Positions 63,549 to 64,000 of a DNA stretch of 64,000 nt are shown in pieces. The translations under genes were made by a program, and so were the position numbers. The stretch is from Pseudovirgaria hyperparasitica (lineage: Eukaryota), in the NCBI GenBank assembly GCA_010093815.1, contig ML996573.1, one strand, 5' to 3'. Under the pieces are notes generated by a model that was not told where the DNA came from, ran no database searches, and saw only the letters and a program-made list of their open reading frames with translations. How positions within the stretch are numbered: position 1 is the stretch's first letter; each line of letters opens with the position of its first letter.

Positions 63549-64000
63549 CGAGGAAGTGTTCGCACTGGTGAGCAGAGCAGTGAGCGATGAGGGTTGCAAT
63601 ATCTGCGTCTGAAGAGACAGCTGATTGCTGCTTGTTCAGGATAGAGGGTCGGAAAGCGATGTACAAGGAGGCACATCCAGCACCACACAAGAGACCATGA
63701 TGTCTGGACGTGATTGTTATATTATACTGCAATGAAGCCAAGAGTCTCTCGCGACGGAGAAATCGGCTCGTCGAAACGGGTCGTCGAATGAAAGCGCGCG
63801 CATTTGTCTGTTAGTGATGGTGCAATCTGCTCCCGATGCCGGCTTCTGGAAGTTTTCTCTGCCCCGATAACGATAAGATGCCGGGCTAAGCCTAAAAGAG
63901 TAGTCTGTCCTCTTTTTCTGTTCGTCCACCGCGGAGATGGAAGGCGTGTGTTGACGCTGCCGTGGAGATGCGCATCGATGTGAAGTGAATAGGCCAGAAC

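Overview
This is the left end of a filamentous ascomycete (Pezizomycotina) chromosome. It starts with a (CCCTAA)n telomere (1-95). About 16 kb of subtelomere follows, heavily mutated by RIP (repeat-induced point mutation, C>T/G>A). That subtelomere holds: (i) a telomere-truncated, RIP-inactivated ORF that de-RIPs to a 2-oxoglutarate/Fe(II) dioxygenase-like protein, plus a second small ORF, each followed by the same perfect 15-bp hairpin; (ii) a 5'-truncated LTR-retrotransposon copy; (iii) an intact two-gene island (DUF6540-like protein and APH-like kinase); (iv) a complete 7.4-kb Ty3/Gypsy chromovirus with 228-bp LTRs, a GATGG target-site duplication, a self-priming PBS and a spliced antisense Cys-rich accessory gene. 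From 16 to 33 kb lie accessory-type genes: kinases, an FHA-kinase pseudogene, a PhzF-family protein, a secreted TAP-like hydrolase and an ankyrin protein. From 37 to 64 kb the DNA is gene-dense and unRIPed: MFS transporter, AhpD-like protein, cytochrome b5 reductase, Zn2Cys6 factor, a complete carotenoid/retinal/rhodopsin cluster (carX-carRA-carB-carO), a hypothetical protein, ELP6 and MET1. All family assignments come from motif recognition by eye, not from database searches. Intron boundaries are manual predictions.
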